Origin: Candidatus Eutrophobius brisbanensis | GTDB lineage: Bacteria; Pseudomonadota; Gammaproteobacteria; Eutrophobiales; Eutrophobiaceae | Direction of reading: 5' to 3' | Length of the DNA: 64,000 nucleotides | Assembly (NCBI GenBank): GCA_038131795.1 | Contig: JAYPQE010000003.1 | Coordinates: 1,446,048 to 1,510,047 of the forward strand | The notes under the pieces: model-generated | Database searches by the model: none | The model's input: the letters and a program-made list of their open reading frames with translations, nothing else | What the model was told of the DNA's origin: nothing | Part shown: in pieces, positions 47,383-59,041 of the stretch | Layout: every line of letters begins with the position of its first letter | Numbering within the stretch: the stretch's first letter is position 1 | Program-made: the position numbers and the translations under genes

Positions 47383-49032
47383 TCATTTAATAATAGCAGG
47401 TAATAGTGGTGGAGCTTTACGTTTATTACTTGCCTGTTCATAGGCATAAGCATAGCCAATGATGGGTCCATCATCATAGGGTTTGCCGAAGAATGCCAAG
47501 GCCATTGGTAACCCCTGGCTACCGTGCCCCATAGGCACAACGATGCATGGAAAACCAATCGAGTTGTAACCAGCGAGTGTGGAAGGCACGGGCACATCTG
47601 AATCGACAAAACTGGGATCCTCCAATGAATATACCGGGTTACTGATGACGCTTGCAAAACGGGTTTCATACGGGAAGACCAGGACATCCAGATCATTCGA
47701 GTTAAAAATTTCCAGTTTATCTGCTGTGGCCTTAGGTAAGAGAACCTTAACAAGGTTTTGATAAGCTTCCTCTTCAGTAGAATGTTCCAATGAAGTTCTA
47801 AGCAGTCTCATAACACTCTCTCGAACGGGAAGATCTGATTGATTAACTACGGTCTCATAAATTTCAATAAACTCTTCAACGGTTTTTGGCGCACCTGGTA
47901 ATGTTTCCAGATAGGACTCCCAGTCTCTACGAAATCGATAGTCTGCGGTCCGGCGAATATAGCGACTACCTTCTCCGAGATATCGCTTAATAAAATCTTC
48001 ACTTAGTTCCACATTTACAAGGACACCGCCAAGATTCTCAATGACGTCTAGTGCTTCTTCAGCCATATTGTCTATCTCGGGATCACCTCCAAACAGCGTT
48101 CTGACCACACCTATCCTTTTACCCTTAATTGCCTGCTTATCCAGATATTGTGTGAAATCGACATGACCGCCAGTGACATTGTATTTATTTCTTACCTTGG
48201 ACCACACATCAGAACTGATTGGGTCTACGCTATCTTCTACAGCAATGGTACTTAGCATATAGGCCACGTCTGTCACAGTCCGCGCCATAGGGCCGGCGCT
48301 ATCAAACTCCAGATCTTTCGGTGCTATTCCATCACGGCTGATTAATCCCGTGGTAGGCCTTAAACCAACAATGCCATTAAATGCCGCCGGCCCTCTGACA
48401 GAAGTACTGGTATCGGTACCGACTGCAAGGACAGCAAAATTTGCTGCAATTGCAGATGCCGAACCACTGCTGGACCCACCAGTATCACGTTTTAAGTTAT
48501 AGGGATTCACCTGCTGACCGATTACAGTGTTATAACTGCCGCTAGCAAACTCTCCCATTGCAGCCTTACCTAGAATTATGGCACCGGCTTCCCTCAGTTC
48601 TCTTGTCAACGTTGCATCATCGGGTGGAATGATGTCTTTAAGGATAGCGGATCCATTACTGGTAGGCATATCATATGTGTCAATATTGTCCTTGAGCAGT
48701 ACCGGTATGCCATGTAACGGCCCCCTGCTTCTTCCAGCCTGACGTTCCCTGTCCAGCTGTTCAGCAATCTGTAACGCATCAGGGTGAACGGTAATAATAG
48801 AATTAATCTCAGGCCCGCTTTTATCATATTCATTAATGCGGTCCAGGTAACTTTCGATCAGTTCAATTGTTGTCAATTCACCAGCATCATATGCTGACTG
48901 GATATCTTCAATAGTCGTCTCAAGTAAGGTGAATTGCCGATTGTTGGTTTTCTTATCTGCGGTCATTACGCACCCGGACAAACCAAAAATAAGAATGGAG
49001 AAACATAAAATACGATTAATTTTAGTATTCAC
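47383..49032 (-). CDS. Amidase (amidase-signature family), lipoprotein
   Basis: Amidase-signature block GGSSSGSASAIAANFAVLAVGTDTSTSVRGPAAFNGIVGLRPT, and a lipobox LSGCV. Confidence 0.85.
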   Translation of the reverse strand: MNTKINRILCFSILIFGLSGCVMTADKKTNNRQFTLLETTIEDIQSAYDAGELTTIELIESYLDRINEYDKSGPEINSIITVHPDALQIAEQLDRERQAGRSRGPLHGIPVLLKDNIDTYDMPTSNGSAILKDIIPPDDATLTRELREAGAIILGKAAMGEFASGSYNTVIGQQVNPYNLKRDTGGSSSGSASAIAANFAVLAVGTDTSTSVRGPAAFNGIVGLRPTTGLISRDGIAPKDLEFDSAGPMARTVTDVAYMLSTIAVEDSVDPISSDVWSKVRNKYNVTGGHVDFTQYLDKQAIKGKRIGVVRTLFGGDPEIDNMAEEALDVIENLGGVLVNVELSEDFIKRYLGEGSRYIRRTADYRFRRDWESYLETLPGAPKTVEEFIEIYETVVNQSDLPVRESVMRLLRTSLEHSTEEEAYQNLVKVLLPKATADKLEIFNSNDLDVLVFPYETRFASVISNPVYSLEDPSFVDSDVPVPSTLAGYNSIGFPCIVVPMGHGSQGLPMALAFFGKPYDDGPIIGYAYAYEQASNKRKAPPLLPAIIK

Positions 49033-49489
49033 TGATTAAATACCTTTGTGAATTTAATCTAATACTAACGAGGAATTAATGATAAGTCATTAACCAGGAT
49101 AACGAGATGAATTTATAGTGAAATAGCCCTTGAAATAATTATATTTCAGTCAGATTTTCTAAAACCCTGATTCCCTAATAAAAACGGAGGCGACAGTTTT
49201 ATAGAAATAACGTAATAAACTTTCCGCGCGACCTTCTATATACATATTGCCAACGACAACCTTATCAATAGGCCCTGGGTCTTCTGTCGGCACAAGTTTT
49301 ACATTGATTTTATTATTTTTTTGAACAACGGAATAAATAGCAAATTGGTCCCATTGCACTTCAGGGCGTGAAGATGTATTAGATGCTTTTATGCGTACTC
49401 GAAATGAGTGAGAAAAGCCTGCATTAATAGAAGAAATTAATCGGAAGGTTTTAAATCAAAAATACTTTATCTTTTTGTTTTTAATATAT

Positions 49490-49861
49490 TTATTTCTCTC
49501 GGGTAAAGATTTTAACGCCCCCCAACACTATCATCAAGGATGTGAAGATCAGTACAAGAATTAGTCCAACAGATGTGCTTTTAGAATCTCCCTCAAAATT
49601 ATCTGCCAGGGTATTTTTATTAATACTTTCAGCAAGTTGTGTAATATTCGCTGGCGGGTTGTCAGTTACAGACAATTCATCGGGCGGTAGGAAAAATCCG
49701 GTCTCAGGGTCAAATTCTGCATAGGGCGTCAGCATATCTTCGTCCCCTGCTTCTGCCGGTTGCAAAAGCAGGGGTGTCAGACAAAAAAGCAAAAAAATCA
49801 CTCTATACATGGTCTTAAATCCGCCCTGGAAATCCATCGGGCCTGATGGCAGGACAGACAT
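49490..49861 (-). CDS. Hypothetical small protein with a C-terminal membrane anchor
   Basis: ORF with an N-terminal signal and a C-terminal hydrophobic helix. It overlaps the start of the upstream amidohydrolase by 47 nt. Confidence 0.3.
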   Translation of the reverse strand: MSVLPSGPMDFQGGFKTMYRVIFLLFCLTPLLLQPAEAGDEDMLTPYAEFDPETGFFLPPDELSVTDNPPANITQLAESINKNTLADNFEGDSKSTSVGLILVLIFTSLMIVLGGVKIFTREK

Positions 49862-51716
49862 TCGGTGGGCCTTTAAATATGAACCGGGTCTCCAGTGGTC
49901 TTAATGGCCAGGTCGCAGGTCCCACCGGATCCATTCCAAGTTCATCACCCAGCCCCTCTAGGAGATGCAGGGTTTTACCTCCCAATACTGTCATTTGCAC
50001 CTTTACATGAGGTATGTCCTCGGTGGGAATTGTCATAATATCTCTATCCAGCACCATAAAATCAGCCAGCTTACCCTGTTCAAGGGATCCTATGCGATTT
50101 TCTCTTAGTAAATAATATGCACCCCAGATGGTTGATGCCTTTAATTGGGTGACGAGATCTGTCCCTTCTTCTTCTGCATAGTACCGTCCGCAGGGTTCAT
50201 TGTACCGTGTCATACCCACCCAGATGTTGTAGAACATAAAATGGGGTAATGGTCGATCGATTTCCTGGCTGTTCATAATCCCGGCCTTTGTTACACTATT
50301 TCTGGGGACGATATAGTGTGCATATTCCTCACCGTAATTCTTTACCCGGTAAGATGCATCATAACCACGATTATTTTCCCATAACATGGTATTTAACATG
50401 CTGATCATCATGCCCAGGCGTTTGATCCTTGGCATCTGATCGGGACGAGGTGCACCTGATGCATGATCAAATCCGTGTCTAAGAGCACGTATCTGATCCA
50501 GGGTAAATCCAGCAGCTGCGCTTTGCTCTTCAATGATATCCATTAGGTAATCAATGTCCTTATCGCCACCAGAATGCATCGCTGCAATCCTGCCGCCGCT
50601 ACGGACAATATCTTCCTTTACCCTTCTTCCCTGGGTACCATGTTCAAGATTACATCGCTCTATTTGTTTAATCCTTTCTGATGCAGGCAATGTGGTACAA
50701 CTGCCGCCGGAAAATTCACCATGGGCACCGATGTTCCATAAATAATCTGAGCCTGTGCCGAGCAAGGCAGACACCAGTCTAATGGTATGATAGTGCAGGT
50801 CCGGCCCCGTATAACTCCATCCAAAGCGCCCTGTCATGCGGTTTTCATTGTCCAATTTGGTTAAAGCAGCAAGGTTATTAATGGTATAAGGCGCTGATCC
50901 AAATGAAGTTATTCCATGGGCCGTCCACAGCTCCAGTTCTGCTTCAAGAAGATTGGCATTAACATCGACCTTGTTGTGCAGCATAACATCGGGTTCCAGC
51001 ATTCTACCGGTTGGACCTCGATTTCCCCTGGCAGTGTAATTAGGAAATACTCGTTTTGATTCCTCCATCCCCCGGGTATTGAGCATCCCATCAACCGTAC
51101 TGTTTTTTATACGAACGGGGTTGTTTGGTGCCAATTCATCCAGCCTTTCTACTGTAATATGACGCCAGAAATCCACAATCAATTTGGGCATATGTTCATA
51201 ATTCCCCCCCCAGTTACTGCCCAATAAAATCCACTGACCAGGTTTCGCAACTTCTACTGCTTCCTGTAATACAGTTTCCCAACTGGCAATTTGTTGTTCT
51301 GCGGTGCCTTCAAGAATTCGAACCACCATATGTTCATTTCCTTCTGGCAACACATGGCGCAGAGCATAACCACCCGCCTCCCAGATCCTGTCGGTGGGAT
51401 GGCCATGGGTTAGAATAAAACCAGGTAAGACTGTTCGCCCAGCAAGGTCAATCACCTGGGTTGATGGTCCGACCAATTTAAGCATGTCATCACTACTGCC
51501 CAGGGCAAGAATTTCTCCGCCTCTAACGACCAATGCCTCAACAATAGTCCCCGGGTTTAAGGTAAAGGAATCATCATCCATGGTGACTATTTTTGCATTA
51601 TGAATAATCATATCCGGATAGCCCAGGATGGAAGTAATTGAACGATCCTGTGCAGACGATATCGATGGAAAGGTGCAATAAATTAAAAGCAAGAAAATAT
51701 TAAAGATAATTTTCAT
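49815..51716 (-). CDS. Secreted amidohydrolase-family protein (Amidohydro_3-like)
   Basis: Signal peptide, an N-terminal HxH-type metal motif (ILTHGHP), and a size and block order typical of large amidohydrolases. Confidence 0.65.
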   Translation of the reverse strand: MKIIFNIFLLLIYCTFPSISSAQDRSITSILGYPDMIIHNAKIVTMDDDSFTLNPGTIVEALVVRGGEILALGSSDDMLKLVGPSTQVIDLAGRTVLPGFILTHGHPTDRIWEAGGYALRHVLPEGNEHMVVRILEGTAEQQIASWETVLQEAVEVAKPGQWILLGSNWGGNYEHMPKLIVDFWRHITVERLDELAPNNPVRIKNSTVDGMLNTRGMEESKRVFPNYTARGNRGPTGRMLEPDVMLHNKVDVNANLLEAELELWTAHGITSFGSAPYTINNLAALTKLDNENRMTGRFGWSYTGPDLHYHTIRLVSALLGTGSDYLWNIGAHGEFSGGSCTTLPASERIKQIERCNLEHGTQGRRVKEDIVRSGGRIAAMHSGGDKDIDYLMDIIEEQSAAAGFTLDQIRALRHGFDHASGAPRPDQMPRIKRLGMMISMLNTMLWENNRGYDASYRVKNYGEEYAHYIVPRNSVTKAGIMNSQEIDRPLPHFMFYNIWVGMTRYNEPCGRYYAEEEGTDLVTQLKASTIWGAYYLLRENRIGSLEQGKLADFMVLDRDIMTIPTEDIPHVKVQMTVLGGKTLHLLEGLGDELGMDPVGPATWPLRPLETRFIFKGPPNVCPAIRPDGFPGRI

Positions 51717-51940
51717 AATTAATCCCCCTCGAATATTTCAATAAACTTTAGCACAAGATGCTTACAGCGACACAAGATAGTAAGGAATAAATATGTACAA
51801 TCAAACGAAATACAAATTACATTTATCATGATGGAAAGAGCGGATTAGAATTGCACCATCAATTGCGTGCGTCCAAGTCTGCTCCCGGCAGATTTGTCGA
51901 ACCGAAGGGCCCTCATCAAACCTATGCACTCAGCAGATAT

Positions 51941-51970
51941 AAAAAAGGGGACCGTTGGTCCCCTTTTTTA
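51941..51970. terminator. Bidirectional rho-independent terminator
   Basis: AAAAAA-GGGGACC-gtt-GGTCCCC-TTTTTT. It lies immediately downstream of tRNA-Ser on the minus strand. Confidence 0.65.
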
Positions 51971-51974
51971 TATC

Positions 51975-52065
51975 TGGCGGAGAGAGAGGGATTCGAACCC
52001 TCGATGGGCTTTTGACCCATACTCCCTTAGCAGGGGAGCGCCTTCAGCCACTCGGCCATCTCTCC
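51975..52065 (-). tRNA. tRNA-Ser (anticodon GCT)
   Basis: Reverse complement: GGAGAGATGGCCGAGTGGCTGAAGGCGCTCCCCTGCTAAGGGAGTATGGGTCAAAAGCCCATCGAGGGTTCGAATCCCTCTCTCTCCGCCA. It has a long variable arm, the anticodon loop CT-GCT-AA, and an encoded CCA. Confidence 0.9.
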
Positions 52066-52141
52066 GATTAATTTAATGATTAAACAATAACAGCTGGAAT
52101 TACCAAACCTTTCAACAAACTATTATTAACAAATGATCTAA

Positions 52142-52351
52142 TTATTCCTCGGGATCATTTTCTGTTTTGCTTCCTTGCCCATCAGGTGTTTCATGTTGAA
52201 TCTTATCGTAGATTTCTTCACGATGGACTGCAATATCTTTAGGTGCGTTTACACCTATACGTACCTGGTTCCCTCTAATCCCCAACACTGTGACATTGAT
52301 ATTGTCTCCAATCATCAATGATTCACCTATCCTACGTGTCAATATTAACAT
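52142..52351 (-). CDS. csrA: Carbon storage regulator CsrA/RsmA
   Basis: [48 protein letters not shown] is canonical CsrA. Confidence 0.95.
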   Translation of the reverse strand: MLILTRRIGESLMIGDNINVTVLGIRGNQVRIGVNAPKDIAVHREEIYDKIQHETPDGQGSKTENDPEE

Positions 52352-52528
52352 GGCTGTTAACTCCTTTATGTCCCTGATACATCCGATTGTAACCCAATGA
52401 GAATTCTATAATAACTATTTCATATTATAGATGGTGATTTATTTAGCTTCAGACACTGATTCGAGCTGACAAGTTTATGAATCACAGACTTGTAAAAATA
52501 ACCAAAATCAGCTAACAAAGGGCTATTT

Positions 52529-53755
52529 TTATACAAAGCCATCCTTCTCAAGGCCAAATGCAGTATGCAAAGTCCTGACACCCAGTTCCAAATACTTCTC
52601 ATCAACCACAACCGACACTTTAATCTCTGAGGTTGAAATCATTTGTATATTGATCCCTTCATCAGCCAATGCCTTGAACATATTGCTGGCAATCCCCGCA
52701 TGGGAACGCATACCAACCCCAACAATTGAAAGCTTTGCAATTTTACTATCGCCAGTGACTGCCCTTGCACCTAGATCCCTTGCAAGTTTATCCAGTATGT
52801 CCATGGCCTTATCAAAGTCATTTCGATGTACGGTAAACGTGAAGTCTGTTGTACTATCTTCACCCACGTTTTGGACAATCATGTCCACTTCTATATTGGC
52901 TTCGGCAATAGGCCCCAGAATATTATGGGCAATACCTGGCTTGTCTGGCACGCCTACCATTGTGAGTTTTGCTTCATCTCGATTATGTGCAATACCTGAT
53001 ATTAATGCTTGTTCCATTTCTTCATCCTCATCAGTTATCAATGTACCATCGCCCGGATTGAAACTCGACAATACCCTCAAGGGAACTTTATATTTGTTTG
53101 CGAACTCAACGGAACGTATCTGCAATACTTTTGAACCCAGGCTGGCCATCTCCAGCATTTCCTCATAGCTGACCCTGGACATACGGCGGGCATCCGGGAC
53201 AATCCTGGGATCTGCGGTGTACACACCATCTACATCTGTATAAATCCTGCATTCATCTGCCTTCATTGCAGCTGCCAGCGCCACTGCGCTGGTATCACTA
53301 CCACCCCTGCCCAGGGTAGTAATATTTCCTTCATTGTCTATCCCCTGAAATCCGGCTACCACAACAATCTGTCCATTATCCAGGGCCTGCTGAATATTCT
53401 GTGTATCAATTTTTTCTATGCGTGCCTTATTGTGAGCATTATCAGTGTGGATACTGATCTGACTCCCGGTAAATGATTTTGCGGCAATACCTTTGGATTG
53501 TAATGCGATGCACAACAATGCGATGGAGACCTGTTCACCCGTGGATAACAAGACATCCATTTCTCTGGGGACCGGATTGGCAGAAATTTCCTTTGCCAGT
53601 GAAATCAGGCGATCAGTTTCCCCCGCCATGGCAGACAAAACAACTATTACCTGGTTTCCCCCATTGTAGGTTTCCAGGACACGATCCGCCACCGACTGAA
53701 TCCGTTCGATGGATCCGACTGAGGTACCACCATATTTTTCGACAATGAGTGCCAT
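52529..53755 (-). CDS. lysC: Aspartate kinase
   Basis: N-terminal KYGGTSVGS kinase motif plus C-terminal ACT domains. The position between alaS and csrA matches pseudomonad synteny. Confidence 0.9.
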   Translation of the reverse strand: MALIVEKYGGTSVGSIERIQSVADRVLETYNGGNQVIVVLSAMAGETDRLISLAKEISANPVPREMDVLLSTGEQVSIALLCIALQSKGIAAKSFTGSQISIHTDNAHNKARIEKIDTQNIQQALDNGQIVVVAGFQGIDNEGNITTLGRGGSDTSAVALAAAMKADECRIYTDVDGVYTADPRIVPDARRMSRVSYEEMLEMASLGSKVLQIRSVEFANKYKVPLRVLSSFNPGDGTLITDEDEEMEQALISGIAHNRDEAKLTMVGVPDKPGIAHNILGPIAEANIEVDMIVQNVGEDSTTDFTFTVHRNDFDKAMDILDKLARDLGARAVTGDSKIAKLSIVGVGMRSHAGIASNMFKALADEGINIQMISTSEIKVSVVVDEKYLELGVRTLHTAFGLEKDGFV

Positions 53756-53826
53756 ATTAATTTGTTCTGTCTTTGCTAAAAAGGCCGCGAATTCTAACGG
53801 ATTTTAGAGGGAACACAAGTGTTCCT

Positions 53827-56433
53827 TCATGATAGTTGTTGTTTTACCCAATCTGGAACGCCCCTGAGGGCATTGGGTAATGCAGCGGGGTCGTTTCCTC
53901 CTGCCTGTGCCATGTCGGGTCGACCACCCCCGCGGCCACCAACCTGCTCGGCAACAAAATTAACCAGATCGCCTGCCTTAATCTTATTCGTGGCATCCTT
54001 CGTCACCCCGGCTACCATACTGACTTTGCTACCATTGACACTGGCTAGCACTATGGCCCCGGTTCCCAGCTTATTCTTTAACTGATCCAGGGTTTCACGC
54101 AAGGATTTCTGATCGATATCGTCCAGAGATTTTGCCAGTACCTTGATACCATCAATTTCAACCGCCTCAGATATCAGATCACCGCCCGCCTTACTGGCCA
54201 TGGATGCCTTGAGCCGGTTGATTTCCTTATCCTGACTCTTGACCTTATCTAATATCTGTTGGAGCTTAGACTCTAAACTCGCCTGATCTGCCTTTAACAA
54301 ATCTGCCAGGGAATGCATGATTGTTTCATTCTCCCGGACATACCGGATGGCCTCATTACCTGTCAGGGCCTCTATACGCCTGACCCCTGCAGCCACACCC
54401 GCTTCAGAAATAATTTTAAACAGGCCAATATCACCGGCGTGATTAACATGGGTACCACCACAGAGCTCAACAGAAAAATCTCCACCGATTTTTAATACCC
54501 TCACAGTTTCACTATACTTCTCACCAAACAGTGACATGGCACCGGATTTTTTTGCTTCGTCCAGGTCCATAATGTCAGTCGTTACACGGGTATTTTCCAG
54601 TATCTTCTGATTGACCAGATCTTCAATCTGAATCAATTCCTCATGGGTAACAGCATCGGCGTGAGAGAAGTCAAACCGTAAGCGCGCGGCTTCCACCAAT
54701 GATCCTTTCTGGGTGACATGTATTCCCAGGACCTGGCGTAATGCAGCATGTAATAAATGTGTGGCTGAATGATTACGAACAATGTCCTGCCTAAGATCGG
54801 CATCGACGACCGCCCTGAGTTTCTGCCCTACTTTAATTGCACCTTGTGCTAAAACTCCATGATGAAAATGGGCATTGCCCGCTTTTTGAGTATTTATAAC
54901 ATTGAAGTTGACATCGTCACATTGAAGCCGCCCTGTATCTCCCACCTGTCCACCGGACTCGGCATAAAATGGTGTCTCACCCAGAATAATGCCCGCCTGA
55001 TCACCTTCATCAATATTATCAACGGGTTTGCCATCCTTTATGAGTGCCACTACTTCCACATCTCCCTGAAGGTTTCCATAACCAGTAAATTGGGTGGTGT
55101 AACTAAACCCGGCACTATCTACAGACATATCCATTTCAAATTTGCTGGCTGCCCGCGCCCGGTCACGTTGGGCCTCCATTGCTTGTTCAAATCCTGCCAT
55201 ATCCATTTCAAGATGACGTTCCCTGGCAATATCCGAGGTCAAGTCCACGGGGAATCCATAGGTATCATATAGCTTGAATATATCTTCACCTGGGATGATA
55301 TTATCTTTCAAGGACGCAATAGAATCTTCCAGGTGTTTCAAACCCAGCTCCAAAGTCTCGGCAAAACGTTCTTCTTCCTGTAGCAGGTTTTTTTCGACGA
55401 ATTCTTTTCTGTCTGCAAGCACTATACCCATATCCCCCATGGCTTCGGCCAGTGGCGTAACCAGTTTAAAGAAAAATGGTTTACTAAATCCCAGCTTATT
55501 CCCATGCCGGATTGCGCGTCGGATAATCCTTCTCAGCACATAACCCCTGCCTTCATTCGACGGCACGACACCATCTGCAATTAAAAACGCACAGGATCGT
55601 ATGTGATCTGCAATTACCCTTTGAGACGTTAAATCTTCTACATTGCACAAACCATCCAAAGATTGAATTGCAGCAATGATATGTTTGAAGGTATCTATGT
55701 CATAATTATTATGGACCCCCTGCATAACCGCTGAGATCCGCTCAAGACCCATGCCGGTATCCACTGACGGTTTAGGTATCTCTGTTAATGTTCCATCCTT
55801 GCTACGATCATATTGCGTAAACACCAGGTTCCAGATCTCAATGTAGCGGTCACCTTCTGCATCTGGACTTCCCGGAGGGCCGCCCGGAATGGACTCGCCA
55901 TGGTCATAAAAGATCTCACTGCAAGGCCCACATGGCCCGGTGTCCCCCATGGCCCAGAAGTTTTCTGATTCTCCGCAACGACTGAATCGGTCTTTGCTAA
56001 CCCCCATATCTTTTAACCAGATATCTGCAGCCTCGTCATCGTTCTCAAAAACGGTAACCCAGAGTTTCTCTTCAGGAATACCTAACTCCTTCGTTAAGAA
56101 TTCCCAGGCAAACTCTATTGCATCCCGCTTGGAATAGTCGCCAAAACTGAAATTACCCAGCATCTCAAAAAAAGTGTGGTGCCTGGCCGTATAACCCACA
56201 TTTTCCAAGTCATTGTGTTTGCCACCGGCCCGGATACAACGCTGGGAACTGGCAGCCCGGCTGTATGACCGGGTTTCCTTGCCTAGAAAAAGTTCCTTGA
56301 ACTGGACCATACCGGCATTAGTAAATAACAAGGTGGGATCGTTAGCGGGCACCAGCGGACTACTGGGAACAACCTCATGTCCCTTTCCCTGGAAGTAATC
56401 CAGAAATGCTTTCCTGATCTCGTTACTGGTCAT
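53827..56433 (-). CDS. alaS: Alanine--tRNA ligase
   Basis: 868 aa carrying class II aaRS motifs, the editing-domain HxxxH/CxxxH blocks, and a C-terminal DHHA1 domain. Confidence 0.95.
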   Translation of the reverse strand: MTSNEIRKAFLDYFQGKGHEVVPSSPLVPANDPTLLFTNAGMVQFKELFLGKETRSYSRAASSQRCIRAGGKHNDLENVGYTARHHTFFEMLGNFSFGDYSKRDAIEFAWEFLTKELGIPEEKLWVTVFENDDEAADIWLKDMGVSKDRFSRCGESENFWAMGDTGPCGPCSEIFYDHGESIPGGPPGSPDAEGDRYIEIWNLVFTQYDRSKDGTLTEIPKPSVDTGMGLERISAVMQGVHNNYDIDTFKHIIAAIQSLDGLCNVEDLTSQRVIADHIRSCAFLIADGVVPSNEGRGYVLRRIIRRAIRHGNKLGFSKPFFFKLVTPLAEAMGDMGIVLADRKEFVEKNLLQEEERFAETLELGLKHLEDSIASLKDNIIPGEDIFKLYDTYGFPVDLTSDIARERHLEMDMAGFEQAMEAQRDRARAASKFEMDMSVDSAGFSYTTQFTGYGNLQGDVEVVALIKDGKPVDNIDEGDQAGIILGETPFYAESGGQVGDTGRLQCDDVNFNVINTQKAGNAHFHHGVLAQGAIKVGQKLRAVVDADLRQDIVRNHSATHLLHAALRQVLGIHVTQKGSLVEAARLRFDFSHADAVTHEELIQIEDLVNQKILENTRVTTDIMDLDEAKKSGAMSLFGEKYSETVRVLKIGGDFSVELCGGTHVNHAGDIGLFKIISEAGVAAGVRRIEALTGNEAIRYVRENETIMHSLADLLKADQASLESKLQQILDKVKSQDKEINRLKASMASKAGGDLISEAVEIDGIKVLAKSLDDIDQKSLRETLDQLKNKLGTGAIVLASVNGSKVSMVAGVTKDATNKIKAGDLVNFVAEQVGGRGGGRPDMAQAGGNDPAALPNALRGVPDWVKQQLS

Positions 56434-56436
56434 TGT

Positions 56437-56805
56437 TCACCGTTGATAAAGTTTTCGAATCTGCTCAGAAGTAAATCCGCGATATTGCAAAAAACGGGAT
56501 TCCTTCGCCTGCTCCTTATAATCCTTTGGTATCGTCTCACCAAATTTTTTCTTTCTCACTTCAGTCAGCCTTTCAGTCCAGTCAATCTCCAGGTTTTCCA
56601 GACTGTTTTCAATGGTTACATCATCGACACCACGTTCTTTTAATTCCTGGTTTAGCCTGACTGGCCCGTAGCCTTTCTGTAAGCGGCTATAAAGATAGGA
56701 ATCAGCATAACGGGCATCGCTTTGCAGGCCTTCCTGGCTTAACTGGTCAAGTAAGGGTTCGACTAACTCTGAGTCATATCCTTTGGCCCTGAGCTTACGA
56801 CTCAA
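56437..56805 (-). CDS. recX: Recombination regulator RecX
   Basis: 122-aa helical repeat protein located between recA and alaS. Confidence 0.8.
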   Translation of the reverse strand: MSRKLRAKGYDSELVEPLLDQLSQEGLQSDARYADSYLYSRLQKGYGPVRLNQELKERGVDDVTIENSLENLEIDWTERLTEVRKKKFGETIPKDYKEQAKESRFLQYRGFTSEQIRKLYQR

Positions 56806-56876
56806 TTCCCTGCGACTGTGTTCCCGACGGGCAAGGAGACCAATGACAATTTCTCTGGCCTGCCGCGTATCATCAC

Positions 56877-57926
56877 TCAGGTTTCTGTCTCCTCTTCTTC
56901 CGGCTTCGGTGACCTGGTGGTTTCTGATAATACCTTTTCACGGATTTTTGCTTCTATTTCTTCAGCAATGTCAGGATTATCTTTTAAATAAACCCTAACA
57001 TTTTCCTTACCCTGTCCAATCCGCTCACCGTTATAACTGTACCAGGCACCGGATTTCTCCAGAATATCATGCTGGGTGCCCAGATTAATGATCTCACTTT
57101 CTCTTGAAATCCCTTCACCATAAAGGATGTCAAATATAACCTCCTTAAATGGTGGTGCCACCTTGTTCTTCAATACCTTGACCCGGGTCTCATTGCCAAT
57201 GATCTCATCTGTCTTTTTAATGGCCCCTATGCGGCGAATATCCAGCCGTACTGACGCATAAAATTTCAAGGCATTACCACCCGTTGTGGTTTCAGGGTTT
57301 CCAAACATCACACCAATCTTCATGCGGATCTGGTTGATAAAGATCACCAGGGTATTTGAACGCTTGATATTGGCTGTGAGTTTTCTTAACGCCTGAGACA
57401 TCAGCCGGGCCTGCAGGCCCATATGACTGTCCCCCATGTCGCCTTCAATTTCCGCCTTGGGTGTCAATGCGGCCACTGAATCGATTATCACCAGATCAAC
57501 CGCACCGGATCTCACCAGCATATCGGTGATTTCCAGGGCCTGTTCACCGGTATCCGGTTGAGAAATCAGTAGATCCTCGATTTTGACTCCCAGTTTTTCA
57601 GCATACTTGGGGTCCAGGGCATGTTCGGCATCAACAAATGCCGCCGTTCCACCGGACTTCTGAATTTCTGCGGCTGCATGTAAAGCAAGGGTGGTCTTAC
57701 CTGAAGATTCCGGACCATATATCTCCACCACCCTGCCACGGGGAAAGCCACCTATCCCCAGGGCAATGTCCAACCCTAATGAACCTGTTGAGACCGCTTC
57801 GACATCCTGAACTATACTGTCTTCGCTCATACGCATTATTGACCCTTTGCCAAACTGCTTTTCAATCTGGCCCAGGGCTATATTTAATGCCTGTTTCTTT
57901 TTCTCATCCATTGATCTAATCTCCAC
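56877..57926 (-). CDS. recA: Recombinase RecA
   Basis: GPESSGKTT Walker A, loop L1/L2 blocks, and conservation along the full length. Confidence 0.95.
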   Translation of the reverse strand: MEIRSMDEKKKQALNIALGQIEKQFGKGSIMRMSEDSIVQDVEAVSTGSLGLDIALGIGGFPRGRVVEIYGPESSGKTTLALHAAAEIQKSGGTAAFVDAEHALDPKYAEKLGVKIEDLLISQPDTGEQALEITDMLVRSGAVDLVIIDSVAALTPKAEIEGDMGDSHMGLQARLMSQALRKLTANIKRSNTLVIFINQIRMKIGVMFGNPETTTGGNALKFYASVRLDIRRIGAIKKTDEIIGNETRVKVLKNKVAPPFKEVIFDILYGEGISRESEIINLGTQHDILEKSGAWYSYNGERIGQGKENVRVYLKDNPDIAEEIEAKIREKVLSETTRSPKPEEEETET

Positions 57927-57969
57927 GTTATTGGTTTACTGAAGCTGTGATTATCCCATAAAAATGACT

Positions 57970-58482
57970 TCAGGTAAGTGGCCAGGTATGAAGTATTTTG
58001 TAGTTTGCGCCTTGTGGCAGGGTTTTTGATTCCACCAGGTGGAAGTTTGATACTGGCCAGCGCATAGTAACCGGGGGTAATGAGTTGGTTGACCTGGTCT
58101 TTCTCGCGAGTGTGACATGTGGCCGGTAGGGACGCTCATCAATAGAAATATTATTTTTAACTGCAAGATCTGAAAGATTGTTAACAAGTTTGATTAACTC
58201 ACCCGGATAACTATCAGGTGCCAACCAAAAGACACCGGATCGCTTAAAGCTGCCATATTCTGTGAGATTCAGTGTAAATTTCTTTCCCCGTATTGTATTT
58301 GTCCCGGCAACCAGGGAATGACTAATTTCCGCGTTAATTTGCCCCAAAAACAGTAAGGTTATATGGAGATTATCCTTTGGGACAACCTTACCCATCTTTA
58401 TTTGCTTTGAGACTGAGACTAATTGCTTCTGGACATTCATTTCTGGCCAAATGGCATAAAACAGTCTCTTTACAACAGTCAT
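57970..58482 (-). CDS. thpR: RNA 2',3'-cyclic phosphodiesterase (2H family, ThpR/LigT)
   Basis: Two H-x-T-x motifs (HITLLF and HVTLAR) in a ~170-aa protein. Confidence 0.75.
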   Translation of the reverse strand: MTVVKRLFYAIWPEMNVQKQLVSVSKQIKMGKVVPKDNLHITLLFLGQINAEISHSLVAGTNTIRGKKFTLNLTEYGSFKRSGVFWLAPDSYPGELIKLVNNLSDLAVKNNISIDERPYRPHVTLARKTRSTNSLPPVTMRWPVSNFHLVESKTLPQGANYKILHTWPLT

Positions 58483-58528
58483 AAATTATATGCTACAGTC
58501 CTTACTCTTAACTATTTATTGACTTGAA

Positions 58529-59038
58529 TTAGTTATTTTCCAATTTTGTGAGTTTTTCAACCAGTTCTGACAAGCCCTGAATAGCCATCAGGAACGACTG
58601 TTCTCTGACTTCGTTTCTTTCACCATCGAAATTAGATATAGCATGTAATGTTGGAGTATTTCTTGCACCCCAGGCAAAACAAACTGTCCCCACGGGCTTT
58701 TCATCTGTGCCGCCATCCGGGCCGGCAATCCCTGTCACGGCCAGGCCAACGTGAGCATGACTGTTTTGCAAGGCCCCTTCGACCATTTCCGTTGCCGTTT
58801 CTATACTGACGGCACCATGATCATCGAGTGTTTGTCTTGTAACATTTAACATTTCTATTTTCGACTCATTGGAATAAGTTACAAACCCCCTGTCAAACCA
58901 ATTTGAACTGCCGGGCAAACTGGTCATTGCCTTGGCAACACCCCCGCCTGTACAGGACTCTGCCACAACAATTTTCCACTTTCTGGCAATTAATTTTTCT
59001 GCAAGGTCTGTAAGAATTATATCTATTGAATATTCCAT
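58529..59038 (-). CDS. pncC: CinA C-terminal domain protein (nicotinamide-nucleotide amidohydrolase PncC-like)
   Basis: VVAESCTGGGVAKAM motif of the CinA C-terminal domain. Confidence 0.8.
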   Translation of the reverse strand: MEYSIDIILTDLAEKLIARKWKIVVAESCTGGGVAKAMTSLPGSSNWFDRGFVTYSNESKIEMLNVTRQTLDDHGAVSIETATEMVEGALQNSHAHVGLAVTGIAGPDGGTDEKPVGTVCFAWGARNTPTLHAISNFDGERNEVREQSFLMAIQGLSELVEKLTKLENN

Positions 59039-59041
59039 AAC

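Noticed and set aside
52352-52528. Possible CsrB/RsmZ-like small RNA next to csrA
   Set aside because: The interval lacks the multiple GGA-containing hairpin repeats expected of Csr/Rsm sRNAs. It is more simply the csrA promoter/leader region.
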